Both the position numbers and the translations under genes were made by a program. A DNA stretch of 64,000 nt from Candidatus Thorarchaeota archaeon (GTDB taxonomy: Archaea > Asgardarchaeota > Thorarchaeia > Thorarchaeales > Thorarchaeaceae): contig JBHLRS010000007.1 of assembly GCA_048882325.1 (NCBI GenBank), forward strand, positions 49,795 to 113,794. The letters are read 5' to 3'. A model generated the notes under the pieces. It was not told where the DNA came from. It was given only the letters and a program-made list of their open reading frames with translations, and ran no database searches. Below are positions 35,911-44,861 of this stretch, piece after piece. Each line of letters begins with the position of its first letter. The stretch's first letter is position 1.

Positions 35911-36819
35911 TCATGTACTCCCCAGATTCCTCCGAACGAGTGAATTGACCGCGGGTTCAGGGTCAATCCCCGGTCTAAATCGTAATGCTCCAACCAATAC
36001 ATAGGTCGCAGCCTGTGACAAAGTTGTATGGGAGATGGTCTTCTCCTTCTTCCGCTTTGTCATCTCAGCTGCCAGGCGTGAGATAGAGATCCCTGCTCTG
36101 ATACTCGCGGGTATCTCGATGTCGGTGTTGACTCTGGTGGATGAGACCAAACCATAGACCTTCTCAAGAACGGCATCTGTCAACTTGTACTCCGGGCAGT
36201 TCATCTTCACGATTTCGATTTCCGTTTCTTTCCTCGGATACCCTAATCTGATCCACACTCTAACTCTATCTCTAAGTGCTTCGCTCAGTCTGTGAGCACC
36301 CGACATTTCCTCCGGGTTCATCGTAAGACACGGGAAAAATCCCTCATTTGCCCGTATCCGACCTAATCTCTGAACGTTAATCGAACGCTCCTCAAATGGG
36401 TCAAGCAATGAGTTCTGCACATACTCACTTAGTCTGTTCCCCTCATTCAGACCAAAGACTCCACCGAACACCATACTCTTCAACAATGGTCCTGGCTCAA
36501 AGGCTTCCAGTGTGAATCCCTTGTTCAAGACAATACTCGGGTTGAACGCGCCCACAAGATGAGAAGGTCTCACGCCTTCATCGCCGGTTATCCAATAGAG
36601 CTGTCTCTTGCTCTTCTCAGCATATGCTCGTAGCAATAGTGTTTTTCCTACGCCCGGGGGTCCGATGATCCCAGGAATTAGACTAGCGTTCTCACAGTCA
36701 GTAAGCACACCGAAGGCATCGGCGTATTGTTCCTTTATGACTATCTTTACCTCTTCTGAAACAGCAGCCTTTAATCGTTCATCAAACGCCTCTTTGAAAA
36801 GTTTCATCTCGCTCTGCAA
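35911..36819 (-). CDS. MoxR-family AAA+ ATPase
   Basis: GPPGVGKT, FEPGPL, Walker B variant GLNEGNR, TMNP, LSEALRDR, SIRAGI. Confidence 0.9.
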   Translation of the reverse strand: MQSEMKLFKEAFDERLKAAVSEEVKIVIKEQYADAFGVLTDCENASLIPGIIGPPGVGKTLLLRAYAEKSKRQLYWITGDEGVRPSHLVGAFNPSIVLNKGFTLEAFEPGPLLKSMVFGGVFGLNEGNRLSEYVQNSLLDPFEERSINVQRLGRIRANEGFFPCLTMNPEEMSGAHRLSEALRDRVRVWIRLGYPRKETEIEIVKMNCPEYKLTDAVLEKVYGLVSSTRVNTDIEIPASIRAGISISRLAAEMTKRKKEKTISHTTLSQAATYVLVGALRFRPGIDPEPAVNSLVRRNLGST

Positions 36820-37012
36820 GTCAATGCCCCCATTGATATGATGGAGTATCATTGTAGGGTATATAATCTACCCTCAAAACTGATGAGTATTGAGATAAGG
36901 GTTACTTTTCAGACGAGTCCGGTTTCATGGCTAGTTCTTTCACTTGTGAACTCTAAGAGGTGCTGGATGGCACTTCGGACAATTTATCTGAGCAGGATAG
37001 TGAGAGGAAATC

Positions 37013-37183
37013 ATGGTGGATTTGGAATTGACAGAGAATCCTGTTTGTCAAACATCGCACATCGAATTCACAGCACCACAGGGCTCCCTCATGGAGAACA
37101 GATTCTGCATTCTATGCGGACTGATTGGAATTGCGATGTTCATAGCTGGATGGATTTATGTTACGTTTTTCCCTGCTGGATAA
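37013..37183 (+). CDS. small single-TM protein (56 aa), not in the ORF track
   Basis: GAGAGG upstream; MVDLELTENPVC...RFCILCGLIGIAMFIAGWIYVTFFPAG. Confidence 0.45.
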   Translation: MVDLELTENPVCQTSHIEFTAPQGSLMENRFCILCGLIGIAMFIAGWIYVTFFPAG

Positions 37184-37297
37184 GCCACCACTGACACAGT
37201 AAATTGAGATGACGCATTGATTGAGAAGATACATATCAACAAAATCAGTAAAGTTCTAGGTGTTAGCGAAACTGAAATATCTAGAATACCCAGACAC

Positions 37298-37882
37298 TCA
37301 TCGTGAAGATTTGATAGGTTTCATTAACCTTCCACTCAAGTAATTAGTAACATGATCTCTGATGTGGTCAATTTTCATGTCAAAGGCTGGAACAACTTTC
37401 TTCATATTAAACACGATGAGTATCGGACTCACCAAGGATGCCCATGCAATTAAGGGATGTTCTTTTGCAAGTAATCCTTCGTTCTGATATCGGGCCATCA
37501 ATTCTACAAAACCTAAGACGATACTAAATGGCTCATCAACTATTTCAAGTAAATCTAGATGACGCTGCAGTTCAAAAATCATGACTGAAAAAAAATCACC
37601 GTACTCATTAGCCAGATCATAGTATATCTTCACCATTCTTATCAAATCAGTATGGACATCACCAGTATATTGGCTGGCAGATTTGAGATCCACCTGTCCA
37701 ATGATAAATGAAATCGATGCTTTGACTAATTTTTCTTTACTTCCATACTTTCTAAACAGAGTCACTTCACTAACACCAGCAGCAGCAGCCAAATCTTTAG
37801 TTGTAGAGCCAGTATAACCTCTTTCTGCTATAGTTTGAATCACAGCTCGGAAAATCTGTTCATCATCGAGTACCTTTGGCAT
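37298..37882 (-). CDS. TetR/AcrR family regulator
   Basis: ERGYTGSTTKDLAAAAGVSEVTLFRKYGSKEKL; divergent from the ABC exporter. Confidence 0.92.
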   Translation of the reverse strand: MPKVLDDEQIFRAVIQTIAERGYTGSTTKDLAAAAGVSEVTLFRKYGSKEKLVKASISFIIGQVDLKSASQYTGDVHTDLIRMVKIYYDLANEYGDFFSVMIFELQRHLDLLEIVDEPFSIVLGFVELMARYQNEGLLAKEHPLIAWASLVSPILIVFNMKKVVPAFDMKIDHIRDHVTNYLSGRLMKPIKSSR

Positions 37883-38008
37883 GATTATGACCAAGAGTAT
37901 AATGGAACGATTTGGTTTAAGATTTATGTTAGTAATCACTTACAAAAAATCAATAAGAGAGGTTGTATATCTGATAATCGATGAGAAGAACATCTGGAGG
38001 ATTACAAG

Positions 38009-38926
38009 TTGATTCGAGCTGTTAATGTCACTAAGAAATTCGAGGATATCGTTGCGGTAGACAATATCTCTCTTGAAGTTCCCAAGGGAACGATTCTAGG
38101 CATGGTAGGACCAAATAGTGCTGGAAAGACAACTCTTGTACGTATGATGATTGGTATTCTTGCTCCGACAAGTGGAAATTGTTTCATTGGAAAAACGCAA
38201 TCGAATCAGATTTCCACAGAAGAGCGAGCCCGTACTGGATACATGACCCAGCTCAAATCCCTCTACCCAGATTTGACTGCCCGACAAAACATCGATTTCT
38301 TTTCAGCGTGCTATGGAGTTAAGGATACTCAGAGAAGAAAGCAGTTAGGTGAGGAGGCGGCTAGACTTACTCGAATCACCGAATCACTAGATCGAACGGT
38401 GGATGTTCTCAGTGGTGGAACAATTCAACGAGTCAGTCTTGCTTGCGCAATAGCTCATGATCCTGAAGTAATATTCCTTGACGAACCAACAGTCGGTGTC
38501 AGTCCAGAATTGAGAATGGAGTTCTGGGAACACTTCCACAACCTTGCCCAGGACGGCAAGACGATTGTAATGACAACACATTATCTCGATGAGGCAACGA
38601 GATGTGATGACGTAGCAATGATCTTTGAAGGAAAATTAATCGCACATGGTCATCCAGATGACCTGATTGGTTCACTCCCTCTAGAGAGTACAATTACTGG
38701 CACTTTCGATTCAAACTATTCTTCTCAACTCAAGAGTATCTTGGAACATATAGCTCCCATCGATATCAAAGGGAACCGATTCACTGTAAAATCAGCAGAT
38801 AGTGATGTCAAATTCAACGTGTTTCAGGCTTTAGCACAAGATTCTATTCAAGTAAAGGATCTTGTTGTGAAGCAACCGGGGCTTGAGGAAGCATTCGCGT
38901 ATTATGTCAGGAGGTCTCGACAATGA
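38009..38926 (+). CDS. ABC-2 type exporter ATP-binding subunit
   Basis: GPNSAGKTT, LSGG, IFLDEPT, TTHY. Confidence 0.93.
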   Translation: MIRAVNVTKKFEDIVAVDNISLEVPKGTILGMVGPNSAGKTTLVRMMIGILAPTSGNCFIGKTQSNQISTEERARTGYMTQLKSLYPDLTARQNIDFFSACYGVKDTQRRKQLGEEAARLTRITESLDRTVDVLSGGTIQRVSLACAIAHDPEVIFLDEPTVGVSPELRMEFWEHFHNLAQDGKTIVMTTHYLDEATRCDDVAMIFEGKLIAHGHPDDLIGSLPLESTITGTFDSNYSSQLKSILEHIAPIDIKGNRFTVKSADSDVKFNVFQALAQDSIQVKDLVVKQPGLEEAFAYYVRRSRQ

Positions 38927-40413
38927 GTCACAATATCAGCGCTCACCGTATTAGCACAATGATACGGAGAATCTTCCGGCAGATTCGTCGAGACCGACCA
39001 ACTCTTGCGCTAATGGTTATTGCACCCCTCCTTATCACCTTCATGTGGTCATTCATTCTTTCAGGAGATGTTGCTAATGTCCCAACAGCTGTATGCATTC
39101 AAGATACGCCACTTGAAGAGAGTCTTGGAGCCACTGTATCAACTTTATTCGAAGACAATGAGAATGTAACAGTCTTTGAAAGAGCTCGTGCAAATGTGTT
39201 TGATGATCTTGGAGAATCGATACAAGCAGCCCTCATATTACCCATCAATTTCACAGAGGGTCTTCTAACAGGTGGAAATGTCACACTAGAACTACATGTC
39301 AATGTGACTAGTGAGGTTGAGGCTAACTATATTCTGGCAATAATAGGAAATGTAACTACCCAAGCCGCAAGTGACGTATTCGGAAGTAGAGGTGTTGAGA
39401 TACAACGTAATATAACATTCTCAGTACCCCTTCCACCCAGTCCTTTTGACCTCTCATTCAATCTCTCACTTGTCAATGAAGATGTCGGTTTCACAACTAT
39501 CATTGGAGAAATTTTCGAAGAGAACTTGTTAGAAAACGGTAATGTATCCATTACTCTATGTGACAGTCGTGATGAAGTCATTGAGTTAATCGAAAGCAGA
39601 GCAGTAGTGGCAGGACTCTATGTGGGATCCTCCTTCACACAAGCGATGATCAATGGTGACGAACAACCCATTGAACTATTCGTAAATGGCATACAGACTG
39701 TAGAAGCTGCTTCGGCACTATCGGCAGTGCAGATGTCACTCTCTGAATCAATCTCGCAAGCTTTCGGGCGTGAGAGCGAAACCAATATTGACCTTATATG
39801 GGTCTATGGTGAAGCTGGAATGTCAACCATAGAAATCATGGGCCCAGCTATTATTGGTTTCATGAGTGTGTTCTTTGGCTTTTTGATCCCAGGAATTTTC
39901 TTCCTACGAGAAAGGCAACAAGGGACTTTGGAGAGAATGCAGAGTACACCTTTGTCTGACCTCGAGATTGTACTGGGTTACTCAGTAGCGTTCATTGGAG
40001 TTCTCCTAGTTCAAACAATGATAATCAGTGTTGTAATAATCTATATCTCTCCAGGAATACTTTCATCCATTCTATTGTTGATTCCGCTAGTTGTTCTCCT
40101 GGCGATAGGGTCTGTCACACTCGCACTCGCAATTTCTGTTCGGATGAAGAATGAACTTCAGGTGATACAACTCATGCTTGTATTCATCCTACCCCAGATG
40201 TTCCTATCAGGACTCTTGTTCCCCTTGAGTCAAATGCCGTCATATATCGCATTGCTACCGTATCTCTTTCCTCTCACATACTATGTAGAAGCAGCCAGAG
40301 CAGTGGCTTTCTACAATGCATCACTTCTTGATGAAATTGTACCAGTGATAATCATGATACTGTATTGCTTACTCGGGATTCTAGCATCTGTAGTTAAACG
40401 CTCAGACAAGTGA
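38923..40413 (+). CDS. ABC-2 exporter permease with duplicated extracellular domain
   Basis: RQIRRD, RERQQGTLERM, PQMFLSGLLFP, PLTY. Confidence 0.9.
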   Translation: MSHNISAHRISTMIRRIFRQIRRDRPTLALMVIAPLLITFMWSFILSGDVANVPTAVCIQDTPLEESLGATVSTLFEDNENVTVFERARANVFDDLGESIQAALILPINFTEGLLTGGNVTLELHVNVTSEVEANYILAIIGNVTTQAASDVFGSRGVEIQRNITFSVPLPPSPFDLSFNLSLVNEDVGFTTIIGEIFEENLLENGNVSITLCDSRDEVIELIESRAVVAGLYVGSSFTQAMINGDEQPIELFVNGIQTVEAASALSAVQMSLSESISQAFGRESETNIDLIWVYGEAGMSTIEIMGPAIIGFMSVFFGFLIPGIFFLRERQQGTLERMQSTPLSDLEIVLGYSVAFIGVLLVQTMIISVVIIYISPGILSSILLLIPLVVLLAIGSVTLALAISVRMKNELQVIQLMLVFILPQMFLSGLLFPLSQMPSYIALLPYLFPLTYYVEAARAVAFYNASLLDEIVPVIIMILYCLLGILASVVKRSDK

Positions 40414-40434
40414 AGTATTACTCAGATTTCACTT

Positions 40435-41412
40435 TTACCGGAGCTCGGGATATGTAAACAACGCAGGCTCGCCACCTGTGTGATAAAACAGAGTTGGAGA
40501 GTCAGATACAATATCTCCAGCCAGTGCCATTCTTATCATAGCTAGACCAGCCTTTCCGGTGTAGACAGGGTCAAGGAAGATACCTTCCATCTTGGCAAAC
40601 ATCTCCAAAGAGCTGACAACACCATCCTCGAGTACCGCATATCCTTTGCCGATGAAACTGTCATCCACCATGATCTTTGGAGTGAAGGAGTCTATCTCAG
40701 GGTAGGTCTCAACAGTCCTCTCAATGAGGTCCTTAACCTCCTTAGTCAGGTCCTCGGCAGACTTACTGACAGTGATTCCAACAATGTCAATATCAAGATC
40801 AAGCATGTGTGCTCCGATAATCAACCCTGCCAGAGTCCCGCCAGTACCAGCAGCAAGAATGATTCGGTCAGGTAAGAAATCGTTCTCTTTGAACTGTTTG
40901 TTCAACTCATCCATAGCAACAGCGTATGGGACAACTCCTACAGGCATGGCAGCACCTGCGGGGATTGCGTAAGGAGTCAGACCGAAATCAGTGAGGGTCT
41001 CCATGATTGCGTCAAGTCGCTTATTCAGAGTGAACGCGGACTCACCAGGGAAGAACTTCAACTCAGCCCCAAGCATCCTGTCGAGCATCAAATTCCCCGT
41101 GTACTCCTCGGGTTCATCACCTCCTAGTAGAAGGATGCACCTCATGCCTCCCACTGCAGCTACAGCCGCGGTCTGTCGACAGTGATTGCTCTGGACTCCT
41201 CCAACTGTCACAAGTGTGTCGCATTTGTTTGCCTTAGCATCTCCAAGTACAAACTCCAGCTTTCTTGTCTTGTTGCCACCGAAGGTAAACCCAGTGTGAT
41301 CATCTCGCTTAATCCAGAGATGATCAATTCCAATAGACTCACCAAGATTCTTCATCCTATGAAGAGGTGTCGGGAGAAAAGCTAGACGTTCCCTCGGTAG
41401 ATTTTCAAACAT
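40435..41412 (-). CDS. D-cysteine desulfhydrase / ACC deaminase family PLP enzyme
   Basis: GGNKTRKLE, QSNH, GTGGT, LDPVYTGKA, HTGG. Confidence 0.92.
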   Translation of the reverse strand: MFENLPRERLAFLPTPLHRMKNLGESIGIDHLWIKRDDHTGFTFGGNKTRKLEFVLGDAKANKCDTLVTVGGVQSNHCRQTAAVAAVGGMRCILLLGGDEPEEYTGNLMLDRMLGAELKFFPGESAFTLNKRLDAIMETLTDFGLTPYAIPAGAAMPVGVVPYAVAMDELNKQFKENDFLPDRIILAAGTGGTLAGLIIGAHMLDLDIDIVGITVSKSAEDLTKEVKDLIERTVETYPEIDSFTPKIMVDDSFIGKGYAVLEDGVVSSLEMFAKMEGIFLDPVYTGKAGLAMIRMALAGDIVSDSPTLFYHTGGEPALFTYPELR

Positions 41413-41415
41413 TGC

Positions 41416-42084
41416 TTATCCAGCTGCTCCTGTAAGGTAAGATATAATGAACATTAGAAAAGCTGTCAGAATTCCTGCGAACAATGTCCTGATACCATAT
41501 GACCACATATTCTTCTTCGAAACTGCACCTAAGAACAAACCAAGTGCAAACAGGAGAGCCATACAGATAACTATGGCCAGGTAAAACGCAAGTTGATACC
41601 CAATATATCCTCCAGGCACAAAGAAGAGAGGAATAATGATGATGAAGGCAGCCATTGCTGGTGAGGCACCATCAACTATAGCTACAACCACTGAAGTGGT
41701 CCTGGTCGCTTTTGCATACATGGTATCAGTCATGTCGGTCAGCATGGCCTTACCAAGCTCATCCACCTCACGGTCTCTCTCAGCACTCTCGGTGAGGTAT
41801 GATCCACTAAACCCTGAGATTGCCATCGCTATACTTGTACCTGCGGCCGCTAGAAGTATGGCATTGAACTGGAGACTTGCTTCGGCTGGTTGAGTAGGAT
41901 TGATGGTGATAAGACCACCAAGAATAAGACCTAACATCGTGAGAGCCCCATCGAAGGCATTCATTGCGAGATACCTTCTAGCAATCTCGACACCCTTAGT
42001 TAGCTCGAGTGCTCTCATAACACGTTGAATTCGCCCACCGTCCAAGGTGGGGTATTGATTGTTGTCTTCATCGGATTCGGACAC
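41416..42084 (-). CDS. VIT1/CCC1 family transporter-like protein
   Basis: ARRYLAMNAFDGALT, AMAISGFSGSYLTESAER. Confidence 0.85.
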   Translation of the reverse strand: MSESDEDNNQYPTLDGGRIQRVMRALELTKGVEIARRYLAMNAFDGALTMLGLILGGLITINPTQPAEASLQFNAILLAAAGTSIAMAISGFSGSYLTESAERDREVDELGKAMLTDMTDTMYAKATRTTSVVVAIVDGASPAMAAFIIIIPLFFVPGGYIGYQLAFYLAIVICMALLFALGLFLGAVSKKNMWSYGIRTLFAGILTAFLMFIISYLTGAAG

Positions 42085-42161
42085 AGAGTTCGTTACTCCA
42101 TGAGTCAGATAATTGGCGTACTGACTTGAGGAGAATATAAACTAATGGTTTGAGTTTCAAA

Positions 42162-42347
42162 TCAGCCAAAGAGACCAAAGAACCATAGTCCAGTCATCAA
42201 TGCTAATAGAATCCAAACTACGAAGATCACAACAACTGCAAGAAGAAGCCACATCCAGCATTCGCAGCATCTTGAGCAACAACCTTTCTCTTGCGGTGGA
42301 GGTTGTGGTTGTCCACGATAATCCTCGGGCATTGGTATCTCTGTCAT
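42162..42347 (-). CDS. small Pro/Gln-rich, Cys-rich tail-anchored membrane protein
   Basis: QPQPPPQEKGCCSRCCECW followed by a long hydrophobic tail. Confidence 0.65.
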   Translation of the reverse strand: MTEIPMPEDYRGQPQPPPQEKGCCSRCCECWMWLLLAVVVIFVVWILLALMTGLWFFGLFG

Positions 42348-42501
42348 ATCAATCACACAGGGCTTAGTGAGTGGGAGAAGCAAGCACATCTCTACTTATG
42401 AGGATTGTCGGTTTGTAGGCGTAGAGGTTTTAAGCACTCAAACAGAAAGTTTGTCGTGAGTCGTGCTGGATTCACAAGCACGCGTTTAGGGGTTAGGTGT
42501 T

Positions 42502-43992
42502 TTGACCGAGGAGAAGATTGCGCTCTACACCATCTTTGACAGACCCTGGGGACTTCGCATGATAGGCGTCACCCAGATGACTTTCGGAATATTTGGTCTG
42601 TTTGCATCAATTGGAATTATTGTAGCAACGATTTTTGGCGTACTTGGATCCATTGGATATGTATATGCATTGTTGCTGTTTGGTGGAGTTGCATTTCCAT
42701 GCCTTGTAATAGGAAATAGTGTCGACGATCTCAGACGATGGGCTGTTCAAGTGCAGATCTTGTATAGTCTTATCGCTGTTGGAATCTCCGGGTATTTCAT
42801 CTATGTGCAGGGAATCTCAGCCTTCTGGAATTTTCCAATATTTGGTAATGAAGACTTTGGAATTGCAATTGGGAATATCGCAGCATTCATCATTGTATCC
42901 CAGACCTTGATTTTTCTGTACCTCCTTGCCAGATGGAGCGCTGTTGCTCCTCCACCCGGAGCCACTGTAGAGAGGGATAAAGCCAAGGCTAGACTTATTC
43001 GAGCTGGCTTGATGCCATCACCGTTAGAACCAGCACTTGTTGCAAGTGATGGAACAGCTCTAACTCGAGAAGAACAGCAACGAATCCTCGATGTTAGAAA
43101 GGTAGTAACAGAGGAAGGAATGGCGGTCCTATGTTCAAACTGTAATGGAGCAACTCCATTATCGAAAGTAGAAGACAACAATACCCTTCACTGTGACTAC
43201 TGTGGTGTTGTACTTGGTGTAAGTAGCGTGTTTGTACCATGTGAGAATCATGAAGAGTATTTAGCGGCGACAACCTGCAATGTTTGCGGGAATCATTTCT
43301 GTAGGCAGTGTCTTACTGTGCAAGAGCCACCTGTGGATGAGAAGTGGCAAGGATCAGCAGTTTATCTATGTAAGAATTGCTTTGAAGGAAGGTATCGACC
43401 AGCAGTCACAACCGCATCTCTTGTCATTCCAATAAATGAACTGTTCTCAACTGCAGGTAGTAGATTCTCACGAGTCGGAGAGATGTACAGCCACTTCCTT
43501 GGTGCATATGCAAGCGGAATGAAGCATCTTTGGAGACTTCCATTGGAGCTTTTAGCAAGTATAGGAAAATCTGGAGGTGGAGGCGGAGGGGGAGACAACT
43601 GCGTTGGGGCATTGATCCTAATTGTCATCATCATCATTGCGATTCCAATTCTGGCAGGAGTCCTTATGCTTCTAGGTGCAATCATCATTATTCCAATCCT
43701 ATTCTATGTGGGACTCATTGCTGTCACTGTAGAAGCTGCAAAGATCATCAGTGGTACAGACTTCCAGTCAGTTAATAATGCCCGTGTGAAGGCTATCCAC
43801 TCTCACCGCAAACCAAAGGTTACTGAGTCAAGACTTCGACCTTCAGTTCGAGTCTGGGATGACGAGTTCAGACAGGCGTCTATACAGCACGAACGGATAC
43901 GGCGCCGACTTGAGATGGAGCGTAGGGAAAGAGAACGAAGAAGACAAGCTCAACAGAAGGCTGCTTCTTTCTGGAGGACTGAATATGACTGA
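42502..43992 (+). CDS. membrane protein with Zn-ribbon and B-box-like zinc finger
   Basis: 4 N-terminal TM; CSNC..CDYC; CENH...CNVCGNHFCRQC...CKNC; TM hairpin; Arg/Glu coil. Confidence 0.8.
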   Translation: MTEEKIALYTIFDRPWGLRMIGVTQMTFGIFGLFASIGIIVATIFGVLGSIGYVYALLLFGGVAFPCLVIGNSVDDLRRWAVQVQILYSLIAVGISGYFIYVQGISAFWNFPIFGNEDFGIAIGNIAAFIIVSQTLIFLYLLARWSAVAPPPGATVERDKAKARLIRAGLMPSPLEPALVASDGTALTREEQQRILDVRKVVTEEGMAVLCSNCNGATPLSKVEDNNTLHCDYCGVVLGVSSVFVPCENHEEYLAATTCNVCGNHFCRQCLTVQEPPVDEKWQGSAVYLCKNCFEGRYRPAVTTASLVIPINELFSTAGSRFSRVGEMYSHFLGAYASGMKHLWRLPLELLASIGKSGGGGGGGDNCVGALILIVIIIIAIPILAGVLMLLGAIIIIPILFYVGLIAVTVEAAKIISGTDFQSVNNARVKAIHSHRKPKVTESRLRPSVRVWDDEFRQASIQHERIRRRLEMERRERERRRQAQQKAASFWRTEYD

Positions 43993-44824
43993 GACCATTC
44001 AAGAGCAGATCATGTGCCCTGTCTGTGGTGGTCCTGTCAAGGTAGACCAGAAGGATAAGGTCAATCGATGTGAGTACTGTTCGAGTCCTGTTTTGGGACC
44101 AAGTCAAAGCAGGGACTGTGTCAATCACCCAGGTGTGCTGGCGAAGGAAGTCTGTCATGTCTGTGGAGACCTCGTTTGCGAGGATTGCATGCAGAAACGA
44201 GTTGGTGAGTACGGAGGAAAACTTCTCACAATTGTGAACTGCGAAAAACAGTCATGTGTTGCAGAGAGTGATTGGGCTAAACCATTGAATGAAGAGTATC
44301 AGAAACTGGTAAACATGGAGTGGGCAGACAGAGTTGACAATGTGATACTGCGGGTCACTGGGCTCGGAGCTATCATCATGATGATCTTTGAGCTCATCTT
44401 CTTTGCTGGGATTCTATATTTCCAGTATCTGACTCCTTGGAATATGCCGCCGGTTACCCTTGATTTTCTGGGACCTGAAATCATGAGACCCGTAACAATA
44501 CTGGTGTTCTCAATCTTTGGAAACCTGTTGTCAGCAATATTACTTCAATCTGCATTGCAGGTCTATGTACATGATAGACAGTTAGGCGCGGGAATCACCT
44601 TGCTTGTGATTCTTATCATTGAGGTGGCACATCTTCTCTTCAGAGGACTATTCTTTGGACTACTTACGTTGCCAAATCCAACGTTCTTACCTTTGATGAT
44701 TGGAGCATTCCTGTTGGGAACAATTCTCGTCTTCGTTGGTTCACTCATGGCAATCTTCATCGGAAACAAGAAACGAAAGCAATTGAAAGCAGCTAGAGAG
44801 AAACTCAATCTCAGCATCAAATGA
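43985..44824 (+). CDS. Zn-ribbon + B-box-like zinc finger protein with 4 C-terminal TM helices
   Basis: CPVC..CEYC; CVNHP...CHVCGDLVCEDC...CEKQSC. ATG overlaps the upstream gene by 8 nt. Confidence 0.8.
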   Translation: MTETIQEQIMCPVCGGPVKVDQKDKVNRCEYCSSPVLGPSQSRDCVNHPGVLAKEVCHVCGDLVCEDCMQKRVGEYGGKLLTIVNCEKQSCVAESDWAKPLNEEYQKLVNMEWADRVDNVILRVTGLGAIIMMIFELIFFAGILYFQYLTPWNMPPVTLDFLGPEIMRPVTILVFSIFGNLLSAILLQSALQVYVHDRQLGAGITLLVILIIEVAHLLFRGLFFGLLTLPNPTFLPLMIGAFLLGTILVFVGSLMAIFIGNKKRKQLKAAREKLNLSIK

Positions 44825-44861
44825 AGTATCAAAGGTTGTAGCCAAAGCTAAAGGTTCTCTC

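Noticed and set aside
36838-37194. 118-aa plus-strand ORF
   Set aside because: It overlaps the MoxR upstream region and has atypical composition; the 56-aa TM ORF at 37013 in another frame has a better RBS.
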